This document shows, piece after piece, positions 1 through 12,495 of a stretch of 64,000 nucleotides of DNA. The stretch spans positions 806,001-870,000 of the forward strand of contig OZ024755.1 in the NCBI GenBank assembly GCA_964016885.1, written 5' to 3'. The notes beneath the pieces were generated by a model. The model worked only from the letters and a program-made list of their open reading frames with translations, was not told the origin of the DNA and ran no database searches. The stretch's first letter is position 1. Each line of letters starts with the position of its first letter. The position numbers and the translations under genes are program-made. The stretch is from Eledone cirrhosa. Lineage: Eukaryota.

Positions 1-249
1 GAATATAACTGAAGCGAGTGTAACATTCTTACATAAACAAATGCTGCTACTACTACCGCTGCTGCTGATGATGTTGGTAGTAGTAATAGAAGTAATAATA
101 ATAATAGTGATAATAATGATATTGTATATACCATATTTAGGTTAATATCCACTATTTATCCCAGCAATGAAGTATATATATCTAATATAGTAAAGTAAAT
201 ATATATCTATATCTAATATAGTAATATATATATCTATATATCATATAGT

Positions 250-281
<32 letters not shown>

Positions 282-917
282 ATATAGTAATATATATATA
301 TATATAATATAGTAATATATATAATATAGTAATATATATATATATAATATAGTAATATATATATAAAATAGTAATATATATATAATATAGTAAAATATAT
401 ATATTTTACTATATTATATATATATATATATATATATCTAATATAGTAAAGATCTAAACATGTTTTGTTGAGATCTTTTGTAAATAATCCTGATTTACAG
501 ATTACAGTAAATGATATTAGTCGATTCCATGAAAAGCAGATTTAATTATCTTCGATAATCATGAAATGTTAAGCTATATTCAAATATCCATTCCTTGTGC
601 CAATAGTCCACTAGTTTAACCATCCAAACACTACACGCTCCCCTTTTTTTCTTATATCAATTTAATCTTTTGCTTCTATCATATTAACATCTTCATGGAT
701 ATTTTAATATCTGCTTTTCTCATGATAGTAACGCTTGAATGACTCAGCAAAATTAATTCTTTTCATCACCCTTTGACCAATTCTTCAGTTAACTCCTTTA
801 AAATAAGTTTCTTTCTTCATTCACATTCTTTTACAAACCATCTCTCTTCTCTAACTACAGCCATGATAGAGAGACAGAGAGACAGACTGACAGACAAACA
901 GCAGGAAAGACAGACAG

Positions 918-999
918 GCTTTCTTCTAATCAAAGACTGTCAGTCTGTCAGTCTGTCTAGACTGACAGAAAGAGAGAGAGTCTTTGATTAGAAGAAAGC
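918..999. repeat. Small fold-back: 21-bp perfect inverted repeat with nested inner hairpin
   Basis: gctttcttctaatcaaagact (918-938) is the reverse complement of agtctttgattagaagaaagc (979-999); inner tctgtcagtc/gactgacaga pair. Confidence 0.8.
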
Positions 1000-1808
1000 T
1001 AGTTTTCTTACAATGTCAAATTTCCTTCTGTCTACTCTCCATTTTCAGTTCTACCATCAACCAATAACTTAAGTTAATTACTTCACCCGATGTTTCAATG
1101 TAGAGTTCAATACCAAGTGATCATATTAGTTATACTATTATTTCTTCTACTAATATTCCTTTATACTTATATTGCCAGCACCACCATAACCACCACCACC
1201 ACCACCACCATCACCACATCCACCACCACTGCCACTACTAATACTATTACCACCATTATCACAGTCACTACATTTGTCATTATAGATTTTATAGTTATTT
1301 AACATCAGAGACCGACTAATACTGATAAAGAGATATTTTCTGCTTCAGTGCATCTCCTGCACCTAAATACTGCAGCCATTGCCTACAGAACAACTACAAC
1401 AATGACAACAACAGCAACAACAACAGCAACAACTACAACAATGACAACTACAACAATTACAATGACAACGACAACTACAACAACAATCGCAACAACCACA
1501 ACCACAACGTCAACAACAACCACAATAACAACAACAACTACAACAACCACAAGAGCAACAACAACACTGTATAAAATGCTAGCAACTTATTTTGCCAACT
1601 ACAATCTTTAGTTAAACTATATAAATAGCAAGGGTATTATAATTTAACCTGTAAAGACTCCTAAGTCATCGTAATGTCTCAGTTGTTTACCATTAGTTAA
1701 GACATATTCTTACATTGAATCAAGATAATTCTGGTCTCTAGACTTGATATTTTCTGTCTGTTGCTAAAAGCAATTTGATCTTTCAGGTGATAATCTTTAC
1801 AAATCCTA

Positions 1809-1898
1809 CCGTCAATTCCAGTGAATGTTCCGTCAATTCCAGTGAATGTTCTGTCAATTCCAGTGAATGTTCTGTCAATTCCAGTGAATGTTCCGTCA
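1809..1898. repeat. Minisatellite, 21-bp unit x ~4
   Basis: Tandem c(c/t)gtcaattccagtgaatgtt; gives the repeated TFTGID peptide in the minus-strand ORF 1697..2068. Confidence 0.9.
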
Positions 1899-2530
1899 TT
1901 AAGTTGGAGAAAGGGATAACGGGTTAATTTCAACTCGTTACATTCCCAAACATTTCTACCCAGCCTCTCCCTCCCTGCCCCCTCTTTAATATTGTGCTGT
2001 GTAAAATATAAAGTACAAAAATTGTTATATATATATGTGTGTGTGTGTGTGAGAATATACAAGAACATAACATCATCATCATTGTCAATAATAACAGCAT
2101 TATCACCACCACCACAACAACAACAACAACAACAACAATAAGAAATAAATACCAGTAATTTGCGACAGTTGAATCAACTGATTATATTCCCAGACAAAAA
2201 AGCGTCATTGTTTTTAAGAAAAAATATTTGTCAAATGTTCATTTACCTGAAAATAATTTAAAAAATATAAAATATCACATTTTAACTTTAGCTTTTGTAT
2301 TAACAACAGAAAAAAAAGAGTTTGGCTTAAAATAAAGTTCTGTCTTCCGTCTCCTCTTGGTTATAATTCAGAAGTTGTGTTTAAGGAATGAAAAGAAGAA
2401 AGAATCTTTTTTTGTTAAATTTCATACCTGACTAAGTGGACATGATAGTGTTAACTGATGCAGGAACTGGGCTGAAAATCTCTTGCATCTGAAAATCAAA
2501 CTAAAAATAATAAAAACAACATGAAAATAA

Positions 2531-2685
2531 AGAAGGCTTGAAACTGCTCTACAGTGTTAATATATAATATATGGTGGAAGGAAGAAGGCTTCAAACTGCT
2601 CTACGGTGTTAATATATAATATATGGTGGAAGGAAGAAGGCTTGAAACTGCTCTACGGTGTTAATATATAATATATGGTGGAATG
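2531..2685. repeat. Minisatellite, 52-bp unit x3
   Basis: agaaggctt(g/c)aaactgctctac...atatggtggaa starts at 2531, 2583 and 2635. Confidence 0.9.
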
Positions 2686-3639
2686 AAAATAACAATGAAC
2701 AGTGAAAATAGACTTGAAGGGAAAGAAAACAAATGAAAGACAGCAGGGGATTAAAATATAAGATAAGAGAGAAGACAAAATAACTGAAGATATAGAAAAA
2801 TAGTTTCAGAAATAAGATTAAAGATTAAAACAGAAAATAATAGAAAACAGAGAAAAGTAATGAAAGTAAATAAGTTAATCAAAAGAAACTAAGCTTTGAA
2901 TATTAAAATAAAATTAGGAAGAGAAAGTGTAATGTATTTTTAATGATGTGGGAAACAACTTCTTGTATTTTGTCACTAATTCTAAATATTTCTTGGAACA
3001 AGAATATTAATTTTTCTTTTGTCTTTTTGGATGTTTTTTTTTTGGGGGGGGGGGCCTGGTATGCTATCACTTTTACAAGTTTTCCTTTGAAGTTTTTATG
3101 TTTTCGACAAATTTGTCCTAGAATTTCAAAATAAATATAAGATAAAAGGTTGAGAAAACTCTAAAGTTATGTCATATCTGTGACATTTTCTCTAGTGGTG
3201 GCATTGTGTTAAAATGCACCCAGTATACTCTGTAAAATGAAGGGGTGTTAGGAATGGGCATCTACCCATAGAAACCATGCCAAGCAAAAGATTGAGAGAA
3301 TCCTAAAGTTGTCAAATATATGACAGAAATATATACAAGATCTTGAACCAATATTTATGAGAGTCTGTTGAAGACATGTCAAAAAATGTTTTATACATGG
3401 GAAGAGAGGGAGACCATGAGTCAAAACGCCTAAAGATAAATATGGTAAACACGAGAATACACATTTGTAGAAGATTTAGGCTCAATTTTGGGACAAGGGA
3501 AAGATGATTAAATCGACCCCAGTGTGTTACTGGTATTTTATTTTATCGACTATGTAAGGACAAAAGGCAAAGCTAACCATGACAGGATTTGAACTCAGAA
3601 CATGCATGGCCTCATAGCCATAGGGGCACCAAATTGACT

Positions 3640-3922
3640 TACAGCATTTCTAGGGATATTTTTAAATTTGGCAGAGCCCATCTCCTCTCCAGATTTTAAT
3701 ACTGCAGATTACTTCCAGAGAATGATATAAAGAGGGATAGAATGGAAGTGAGAAAGAGATATAGTGAAAGAATTGACCCCAGTATTAGACTGGTACTTTT
3801 TCATCAACCTCGAAAGGATGAAAGGCAAAGTTGACTTCAGCAGGATTTGAACTCAGAGAGCGGAGAGCTGGAAGAAATACCTCAAAGTATCCTATCCGAC
3901 GTTCCAACAACTCTGCCAATTC
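3640..3922 (-). mobile_element. tRNA-derived SINE (family A, long variant), decayed; another partial copy at ~3475-3605
   Basis: Reverse complement of the 42671 element core (aaaggcaaagttgacttcagcaggatttgaactcag; B-box GAGTTCAAATCC on minus). Same long 3' part is seen at ~14280-14510, ~51555-51765 and ~54500-54790. Confidence 0.75.
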
Positions 3923-3957
3923 CTTACCTATATGAGAAGATTAAGATAAATATAGAT

Positions 3958-4778
3958 CACCTACACGATCTCATTTGTTTCGGCCTCGATGGCGCGGCAC
4001 CAACATAACTTTACATAGAACGGGGTGGTGTGGATGGGGTGGGGGTGGTGGTGGTGGGACGGGGTGTATTTTGTTAGAGATGCCTACTGGCTGGAGTAGG
4101 TTTTACTATATATTTAGGTAAGGCGGGTCTTCTCTGTTACTGAGTACCGCCAAAGGTCACGGTCCAGTGACATTGTCTTGGAGAGGTGTAAGTGTGTGAT
4201 GTCGGAGTTTATCAGCTCGTCCCAGGTTTTTCTAGGTCTGCCTATTCCGTGACTACCGTCTATCTTTATTGCCCTGCACTTTGTTATACAGCTATCGACT
4301 TTCATGCGCATCACGTGTCCATACCAACGTAGCCTTCTCTCGAGTAAACAACATCTGATCCCTCTTATCTCTAATTTTTTCCTTAGCTCGTTTATGCTTT
4401 GCCGTTCACGTATATTACTGTTACACATCCAGCGGAGCATGCAAGCTTCGTTCCTCTCTAGTCTGCGTATATCCTCTGCACACAATGCCCAGGTCTCACT
4501 GCCATGCAGCATTGCTGTTCGTATGCAGGCATCGTACAACCTGCCTTCAAAAAAACACACAGTCCACGCTGTAATGTGGCCGTGTAGGCAACACGGTAAA
4601 AACCTCCCAGACCCACACTGTAAATGTGGTTGGTGTTAGGAAGGGCATCCAACTGTAGAAAACCTGCCAGACAGTCCTATGCGAGCAAGACAATCACTCT
4701 TGCCTCAAGTGGGACTACCCCCGTCCAAACCCATGCAAGCGTGGAACACGGACGTTAAACGTTGATGATGATGATGAT
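3958..4778. mobile_element. RTE-clade LINE 3' fragment with 5' inversion (3958-4547 inverted, 4548-4778 forward, (GAT)n tail)
   Basis: Minus ORF GRLYDACIRTAMLHGSETW...RRLRWYGHVMRM...GRPRKTW is the RTE C-terminus. Near-identical to the colinear copy at 43453-44205. Confidence 0.92.
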
Positions 4779-5433
4779 TACTATAATTCTTGCATGCCAG
4801 TCATATTAAACTATTTCAAGTATAATGTGAATCTTGATGGATATATAAATTTATGTATGGACCCCTCTCTCCCATAAACTAGTCACAGAGGTACTGAAAA
4901 AATGGGGGTCATGGTTATTGTCCTATCCTCCCTTCTCTGACGAGACAAATAAAAAATTATTTTAAAATTATTAATCATCTTGGAAAAAAAATCCATTTTT
5001 CATCAGCTTAACAATATAGACTTCTTGTGAAAAACTGGCGGAGCAAAACACTGACTTTAATGAGCCAAACAGACTTAAGTTCTTATCTAAGAAAAAATTA
5101 TGAAAGGTCACTTTCAAGAGGTGGGGGAGGGGCAGTAATGGGGGGGGGGGGTCTGTAAGGATATTTTGAAATTGGCTCTAATTACTTTCTTATTTCTTTT
5201 CATAGTCTTTCATGTTGCGTAAACATGAATAAAACAGAGGAGAAAAATATAAAGTGTAAAATTTGGAATTTCTCAGTCACGTATAAAAAAACTTTCAGCC
5301 AAATCTTCAGTAAAACATCAATAATTTTAACAAAGAAAAATCAATGCATAGAGAATTTTTACTTTTATATTTTATATTTCATTATCGTTATTATTGGACA
5401 TATGTATATATATATATATATACATATCTATGG

Positions 5434-5474
<41 letters not shown>

Positions 5475-6216
5475 TAATAAATATATATATATATATATAT
5501 ATATATCTGTTGGTACAATATATATATTTATTATATATATATATTTACACACATATATTTATATATGTGTGTGTGTGCATGGGTATGTGTGTTTGTCTTT
5601 AGTATATGTGGTTGTGTATGTGTATGCATTTGAATATGTATATGTACAGGTGTTTGCGTGTGTGTGTATTTATACTTGTGTTTAAATGTGTCTAATTATG
5701 TGTGTGTGTGTTAGTGTATAAGTTAGTGTGTATAAGCACGTGTGAGTTAGTGTGTGTGTTAGTGAGTGTGTGAGCATATGTTAGTGTGTAGGTGTGTGTG
5801 AGCATATGTTAGTGTGTTAGTGTGTGTGAGCATGTGTATCTTTTTCCAAATGTTTCTCTTTCTTTTTTTAAGATTAAGATATTTCTATTTTTTAAGTAAA
5901 AATCCTTATTTGAAAAAAATGTATGACATACTTCAGACTACTGAGAGTGAGAGAGAGAGAGAGGGAGAATGGCAGCGAGAGAGGGAAAGAGAGAGAAAGA
6001 GAGAGAGACCATTGGTTTTAATGATCTTAATCAATTTATCAATAGAATTCGAACTACAATGTATTAATCAATGCTACTTGAAATAAAAATTTTAATCAAT
6101 AGATCAATATTATTGGAGAAATAGAATAGAGAATATTTTTACAGTGGAACTTTTTAAATGTTTTCGTTTCCTTTATTTTATATTTTATCTAATCTTCATT
6201 TTTATTTTATTTCATT

Positions 6217-9075
6217 TTATTATTATTATTACTATTATTTTCTTTCATTATTGTTTCTGAGATATATGCCGAGTGTCTTCCTGACACCTAGGGCAAATAA
6301 ATTCACAGTGTGCATTGGTAAGCCACTTAATACAACACATTGATTATAGTTAAAAAAAAAAAAAAAACAGTATACATATATACACATGTGCATATGCATA
6401 TGTAAATACAAGGAGGGTTATCAATCTTACAGAGATAGTGCCCTTCTCAATAGGTGTGCAGTACCAGTCAAAACAATTGTTTGCACCTCGTGCAGAGAGG
6501 GTAAACCAGGAATCATTCGCAAATATTGTTCTGTTACTTTCTTGATCATACCCAGTCTTCCTACAATCACTGGTATTGTAACGGCCTTGAGGTGCCACAT
6601 TTTCTCAATTTCAATAAGCAGATCTTTATATTTTCGTAGCTTGTCCAATTCTTTTGCCGCGATATTGTGATCACATGGGACGCTCATATCTATCAATAAA
6701 CAGACCTTGTTATGTTGATCTTTTACAATCATGTTAGGTCTATTTGCTTTTAAGGTCCTGTCAGTATGTACAGGAAAGTCCCAGAGAATTGTTACTTTTT
6801 CTCCTTCAGTTACAGCCTCAGGGTGATGGTTGTACCACTTGTCTTCAGCTTTGATTTTGTAATGCCGACATATTACCCAGTGTAGATATTGGCCAACTCT
6901 GTCATGTCTATATTTGTATTCTACTGATGTTAAAACTTTACATCCAGAGACTAAGTGATTCACTGTTTCAACCCCAGCATTGCAGAATCAGCACTTTGGG
7001 TTTATTCCGTTTCTCATCACATTGGCCTGGTAATTACGAGTCAATAAGCTTTGATCTTGGGCAGCTAAGATGAAGCCTTCACTCTCCGCCTTTAGCCCTG
7101 AACTATGTAGCCACTGATGGGTGTGCTTTTGGTCAACATCAGCTTGTTTGCTACGGGCCACATATTTGCCATGCAGAGGTTTCTGCTCCCAATTTGATGC
7201 TAATTGTCCTTGCCCTTTTGCTTTTGCCAGTGATTTTATATGCCTAGCAGCATCAGTTGCAGCAGTTTCTTTAATCTGTCCAGCCTGGGTATCAAGCATG
7301 AGATCAGTAGCATATTTTTTGCTCTCCTTCAAGATAGAATGAAGCTTCTTACTTCTCTCATGCTTTTCAACAAGTTTCAGCATACAGTCGTTAGTTTTTT
7401 CAAGGTATTTGGCCAGTCCAATGATGGTGGTCTTGTAAGCAAGTTCAAATTGGATCAGGCCCCGGCCTCCCTGAGTTCTAGGAAGGTAAAGACGATCCAC
7501 ATCTGCTTTTGGGTGGTGCATCCTATTACAGGTCAGTAGCTGACGGACTTTGGTGTTGATTCTTTTGATTTCACTCATATTCCAGTTCAACACACCGAAG
7601 CTATAAGTGATAACTGGGACTGCCAAGGAATTTATGGCTAGCACCTTGTTACGAGCGTTTAGTTCTGATCTCAGAACTGCATGTACTCTCCTGTAACATT
7701 CTTTCCTTATCCTCTCTTTCATACTTGCATGCTGTATGCCAGAGCCCTCATTAATCCCTAAGTATTTATAGGTTTGTTCCTGCTCAAGTTCCTTTATGAT
7801 CATTTCAGCATCCAATTCAACTGAGTCTGAGTTGACAAGCTTCCCCTTCTTGAAAGTGGCTTTTGCACACTTGTCAAGTCCAAACTCCATCCTGATGTCA
7901 TCGCTAAACGTTTTTACTGTCCGCAAAAGGCCTTCCAGTTCGTCATTATCTTTGCAATATAGCTTCAAATCATCCATATAAAATAGGTGGCTTATTTTTT
8001 TGTTGTCAATTCTATAACCGTACCCTGTTCTATTAAGCTCGGATGTAAGGGGTATTAAAGCTATGCAGAAAAGCAAGGGTGAAAGTGAGTCACCCTGGAA
8101 TAGACCACAGTTGATGTTTATATTCCCAGAGCACAGTACCCCAGTGGAATGAGACAATTGGAGATTTGTGTTCCATAATGACATATTGTGCTTCAGGAAG
8201 TTTGAGATCACAGGTGAGATTTTGAAGATGTCCAGTGATTTCAGAATCCATGAGTGTGGTATGCTGTCAAAGGCTTTTTTATAATCCCTCCATACAGAAC
8301 TGAGATTTCTGTGTTTATTATGACAGTTCTCAAGGATCATATGATTAATCAAAAGTTGATCTTTGCAACCATATGAACCTCGTTGGCACCCTTTTTGTTC
8401 AATGGGGAAAAGATTGTTCTCCTCCAAAAACACGTATGCTTTTTCCATGAGAATAGAGGTTAATAGTTTATAAGTGGTGGACAAGCATGTTATGGGCCGA
8501 TAGTTTTTTCTATCTTTGGTTTCGTTGTTCTTTGGTAGAAGGTAGGTAATGCCACTTGCTATCCAGTCTGGTGTATTTTTTGGATCTTTCATAATTCCAT
8601 TAAACAGCTTGACCAATATATTGTGAGTGCATGGGAGTGAGGAAAGCCAGAAATTTGGCACCCTGAGATTTATTGAGTGCTGTCCTTAAGTCCGCTATAG
8701 AGATGTCTTCCTAAGCCTGTTCTTTTAAATTCGTGTAGGATTTTTCCAGGTGACTAATCCAATCTACATTAGTATTATATGTCTTCGCATCACTCCAAAT
8801 CTTACTCCAGAAGTTTTCAACTTCTTCTATGGACAGGGGGGCTTCAATAATTTTTTTTTCCTTCCCTACTTCTCTATTAAATGACTTGGCATTGGATGAG
8901 AACAATTTATTTTGCCTGTAGAAGTTGTTTCGCTTCTCGAATCTACGAATTCGTTGGGCTTTCACTTGGACTTTTTGTTTCAGAGATTCTTTTGTTGAAA
9001 CTATTGCTTCTCTAGAAGACAGTCCATATTTTCTCTTTAGCTTTCTTACCTTCTTTATTATTATTATTATTATTA
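6217..9075 (-). mobile_element. R4/Dong-clade non-LTR retrotransposon (RT plus restriction-like endonuclease), 5'-truncated, flanked by (TAA)n on both sides
   Basis: RT motifs NYRPITCL, DYKKAFDS, QGDSLSPLLF, YMDDLKL; CCHC knuckle (KC*FC...HLVSGC), RHD motif and RP(N)...LID nuclease motif; (TTA)n at 6217-6239 and 9055-9075. Confidence 0.9.
6427..9054 (-). pseudogene. Disrupted RT-RLE ORF of the R4/Dong-like element
   Basis: Three ORF pieces (8711..8965, 6988..8661, 6427..6963) separated by in-frame stops at 8711 and 6988 and a frameshifting deletion near 8665 (expected WKSPGPD segment missing); catalytic PD appears as PN. Confidence 0.88.
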
Positions 9076-10271
9076 TTTGGTATTTCTAATGGAAGAGAAA
9101 GTTCTTCTATATTCCAGATTCCACCCTGAAATTAGAAACTTAATGCTTGACTCCTACAGTGAAAAATAATAATAATAAAAGCAGAGACATAATAAATCAT
9201 AGGTTCATACATTACTAATGGCATATATTCAGTAGAGATGGGCATGGATGGAGCGAGGGGTCAACTATAATACACTTTATAATATTTCTGATTTAGGCAC
9301 AAGGCCAGCAATTTTATGGGAGGTCAATGTTGATTAAATCAACATCTGTGTATTAGTGGTACTTTATTTCATTGACCCAACTCTGTTATGATGAAAGGCA
9401 AAGCTAACCTCGGCAGGGTTTGACTGGGTGATTTTTGTTGTGGTACCAGCACTACCACCTTACAGAGTGGACTGGGTACCTTTGTATCATGGCACCAGTA
9501 CCACCTCTTTAAATGTTTGTTGTAGATTATAGGAGAACATGCACCACAATGCATGTGAGACCATCCACATTACTTGGAAACATCTTATTCTATGAAGCAA
9601 GTTTCTCAATTATATTTAATGCCTGTGCAGCAAAAAATATTCTCAGCTGCAGTAAATTAAACCTATTTTCAAGTGAGTGCAAAAAATATTTCACCTTTTT
9701 TTTCACTGAATCACAATTTATTTGAAACACAGTCCCTCCAAACTGTCACCATATACAAATTAACAGAATCAACAACTGAATTCAATTAAATCTGACAAGA
9801 ATGGAAATGTGTTTTAGAAATTTTCAGTGCAAATTCTTCCTGCAAATCAACATCACACACTGTGATCAATAATGGTTACGTAAAAGCTCTGTGGGATCTA
9901 ATAACTAAAGATCAACAATTTGATGAAGAACAGTGACTTGGCATAACTGGTAAATTGCCAGGTTATATAGTTGCTGAACTAACAAGGGATACATGTATAT
10001 GGCCATTTGACCTGTAGAAATAGCAGCTAAATCTCCCTCAAATCTATATGGTTACTCAACTATTCACCACCTCTAAATGTATATAATATAAATGTCAATA
10101 ACAGTCATTGTGAATGTTCTACAAACAAACTGACCAAAGCTATCATTATCAGTTTCAAAGATCACCAATAATCAAAATTGGCAACATGTTCTCCACAGAC
10201 AGAAAAATTAATGTTGAAATTTTCAATGAAAATTATTAGGATAAAGTTATGAAGTTATTTATCATGACAAA

Positions 10272-10566
10272 ACCTTAGTCCTTTTCACACCAAACCACAT
10301 GAGGTCACACCTGGTTCCATGAGGTCACACCTGGTTCTATGTGGTCACACTTAGTTCTATGATACATAGTTGTTCATTTCAAAGTTTATCTTGAGGACTT
10401 TCATCACAATTTTATACAATCTTTGTTAAGTTATGTTCCAAATACCAGATTAATAATGAAAAAGTTAGTTATTTTACTAAATCTCTTCAATTTCTAGATT
10501 ATTTTTGAAGCTATTTGAAAATCATTGGCAGTGTGTTTTGTTAGAAATATGGTAAGATGTGGGTTA
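10272..10566 (-). mobile_element. TTAA-flanked MITE (piggyBac-like), decayed, with internal 20-bp tandem repeat
   Basis: Reverse complement of the 24275-24508 and 60948-61196 elements (agaaatatggtaa...gggttaa end). Partial copies at ~14530-14700, ~14900-15020 and ~29430-29495. Confidence 0.6.
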
Positions 10567-10628
10567 ATGGTGTGGTGTCCATAAAGCTCTTGTCTCTCCA
10601 TTTATAGAAAGATAGATAGACAGAAATT

Positions 10629-10669
<41 letters not shown>

Positions 10670-10998
10670 GCAGACAGATAGATAGATATATATAGGCTGA
10701 AGAAACAGACTGAGCAAGGTTAGTGGGTGAGGAAATGAATTCTAGTGATATTTATATGTAAAGTAATATAGTAGAAGACATCAGTTGTTTGGTAATTATT
10801 TATTTGGCACCAACACAAACATTTCAAACACCAACATTGCTGGGTGTGTGGGAGGTATTTTTTGTGTTTGTATTTGGTTGTATTTATATATTTCTAAGGA
10901 GATTTGTAATATTTGTTTCTTCTTTAAACTTTTTTTTTTTTTTTACTGGAGGTTTAAGTAATTTGGGTTAGTTTCCAGCTGAGTACTTTTACTAGCAT

Positions 10999-11385
10999 CA
11001 CATATAGTTATGGAAGGACCAAGCTGGCTGGAGAGTGACAGGGGACATATAGTTATGGAAGGACCAAGCTGGCTTGAGAGTGACAGGGGACATATAGTTA
11101 TGGAAGGACCAAGCTGGCTTGAGAGTGACAGGGGACATATAGTTATGGTAGGACCAAGCTGGCTGGAGAGTGACAGGGGACATATGATTATGGAAGGACC
11201 AAGCTGGCTGGAGAGTGACAGGGGACATATAGTTTTAGAAGGACCAAGCTGACTGGAGAGTGACAAGACATATGGAAGGACCAAGCTGGCTGGAAAGTGA
11301 CAGGACATATAGAAGGACCAAGCTGGCTGGAAAGTGACAAGACATATGGAAGGACCAAGCTGGCTGGAAAGTGACAGGACATACC
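10999..11385. repeat. Minisatellite, 42-bp unit decaying to ~33-bp units
   Basis: Tandem catatagttatggaaggaccaagctggctggagagtgacagggga; explains the repetitive ORFs at 10.9-11.4 kb. Confidence 0.92.
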
Positions 11386-11419
11386 CACTATTCTGACAAT
11401 GCCACTAATCTACCAACCT

Positions 11420-11690
11420 GGATGGGGACTTTATTTATCAACCACAAAAGAATGAAAGGCAAAGTTGACCTTGGGTGGGATTTGAATTCAGAACACACGA
11501 AGCAGGAACCAATACCACAAGGTATCTTATCCAACTTTCTGTTTTCTGATTTATGCATAAGGCCAACGATGATAAAAGATGAAAGGCAAAGGTAACCTTG
11601 GCAGGATTTGACTCCAGAACATAAATGACCGTAACTATATGACGCAAAGCATGCTGTCCAACGCTCTACCAATTTTGCCACTCCACCACC
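11420..11690 (-). mobile_element. Two adjacent tRNA-derived SINE family A copies
   Basis: atgaaaggcaaagttgacc...ggatttgaattcagaac at ~11452 and atgaaaggcaaaggtaacc...ggatttgactccagaac at ~11579; head (cgctctaccaattttgccactccacc) at ~11660. Confidence 0.7.
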
Positions 11691-12049
11691 ATTGTAGTAA
11701 TTGTCTGGTACTGAGGATGATGATGTTGAGGAAAAGGATGAAAGGGTAAAGTTTATCTCAGTGGGATTTAAGCACATAACATAGAGAGGCAAAAGAAATC
11801 AGTGCAAGGTATTTATTCAATGTGACAGTCTAGTAAGTTTCACCAGAATAACTGGTGACCAATATCTCCTGTCTAACAGCTAGAATCACAATTGTCCACC
11901 AAGTAAATATTGATATCATTAGACTTAATACGATTTACATTAAAATGTTAATAAATGATTCTTACTCCTGAGAATCTGATTAATGGCTGAGATTTCTACA
12001 TTGATGTTTGTTGTTATTATTACCTGTTAGGTCTGGGTAAGTCGATAGA

Positions 12050-12495
12050 TAGTATGATGGTATAATGGTGGTTGGTGTGATGGTGGTTGGTATGATGGTA
12101 GTTGGTGTGATGGTGGTTGGTGTGATGGTGGTTGGTATGATGGTGGTTGGTGTGATGGTAGTTGGTGTGATGGTGGTTGGTGTGATGGTGGTTGGTATGA
12201 TGGTGGTTGGTGTAATGGTGGTTGGTATGATGGTGGTTAGTATCATGGTAGATAGTATAATGGTGGTTGGTGTGATGGTAGAGGGTATGACAGTGGTTGG
12301 TGGTTAGTGTGATGGTGGATGGTATAATGGTGGTTAGTATCATGATAGATAGTATAATGGTGGTTGGTGTGATGGTAGAGGGTATAATGGTGGTTGGTGT
12401 GATGGTAGAGGGTATGACAGTGGTTGGTGTGATGGTGGATGGTAGTTGGTATGATGGTGGTTTGTAGTTGGTATGATGGTGGTTGATAGTTGGCA
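12050..12495. repeat. 15-bp GT-rich minisatellite (tggtgtgatggtggt)n
   Basis: Tandem units visible; produce the PTTIT/MVVGV pseudo-ORFs. Confidence 0.9.

Noticed and set aside
9525-9673. Possible + strand exon (AG...GTGAGT); similar candidate at ~27880-27950
   Set aside because: Only splice-like ends and a short open frame; no recognisable protein and no supporting partner exons.
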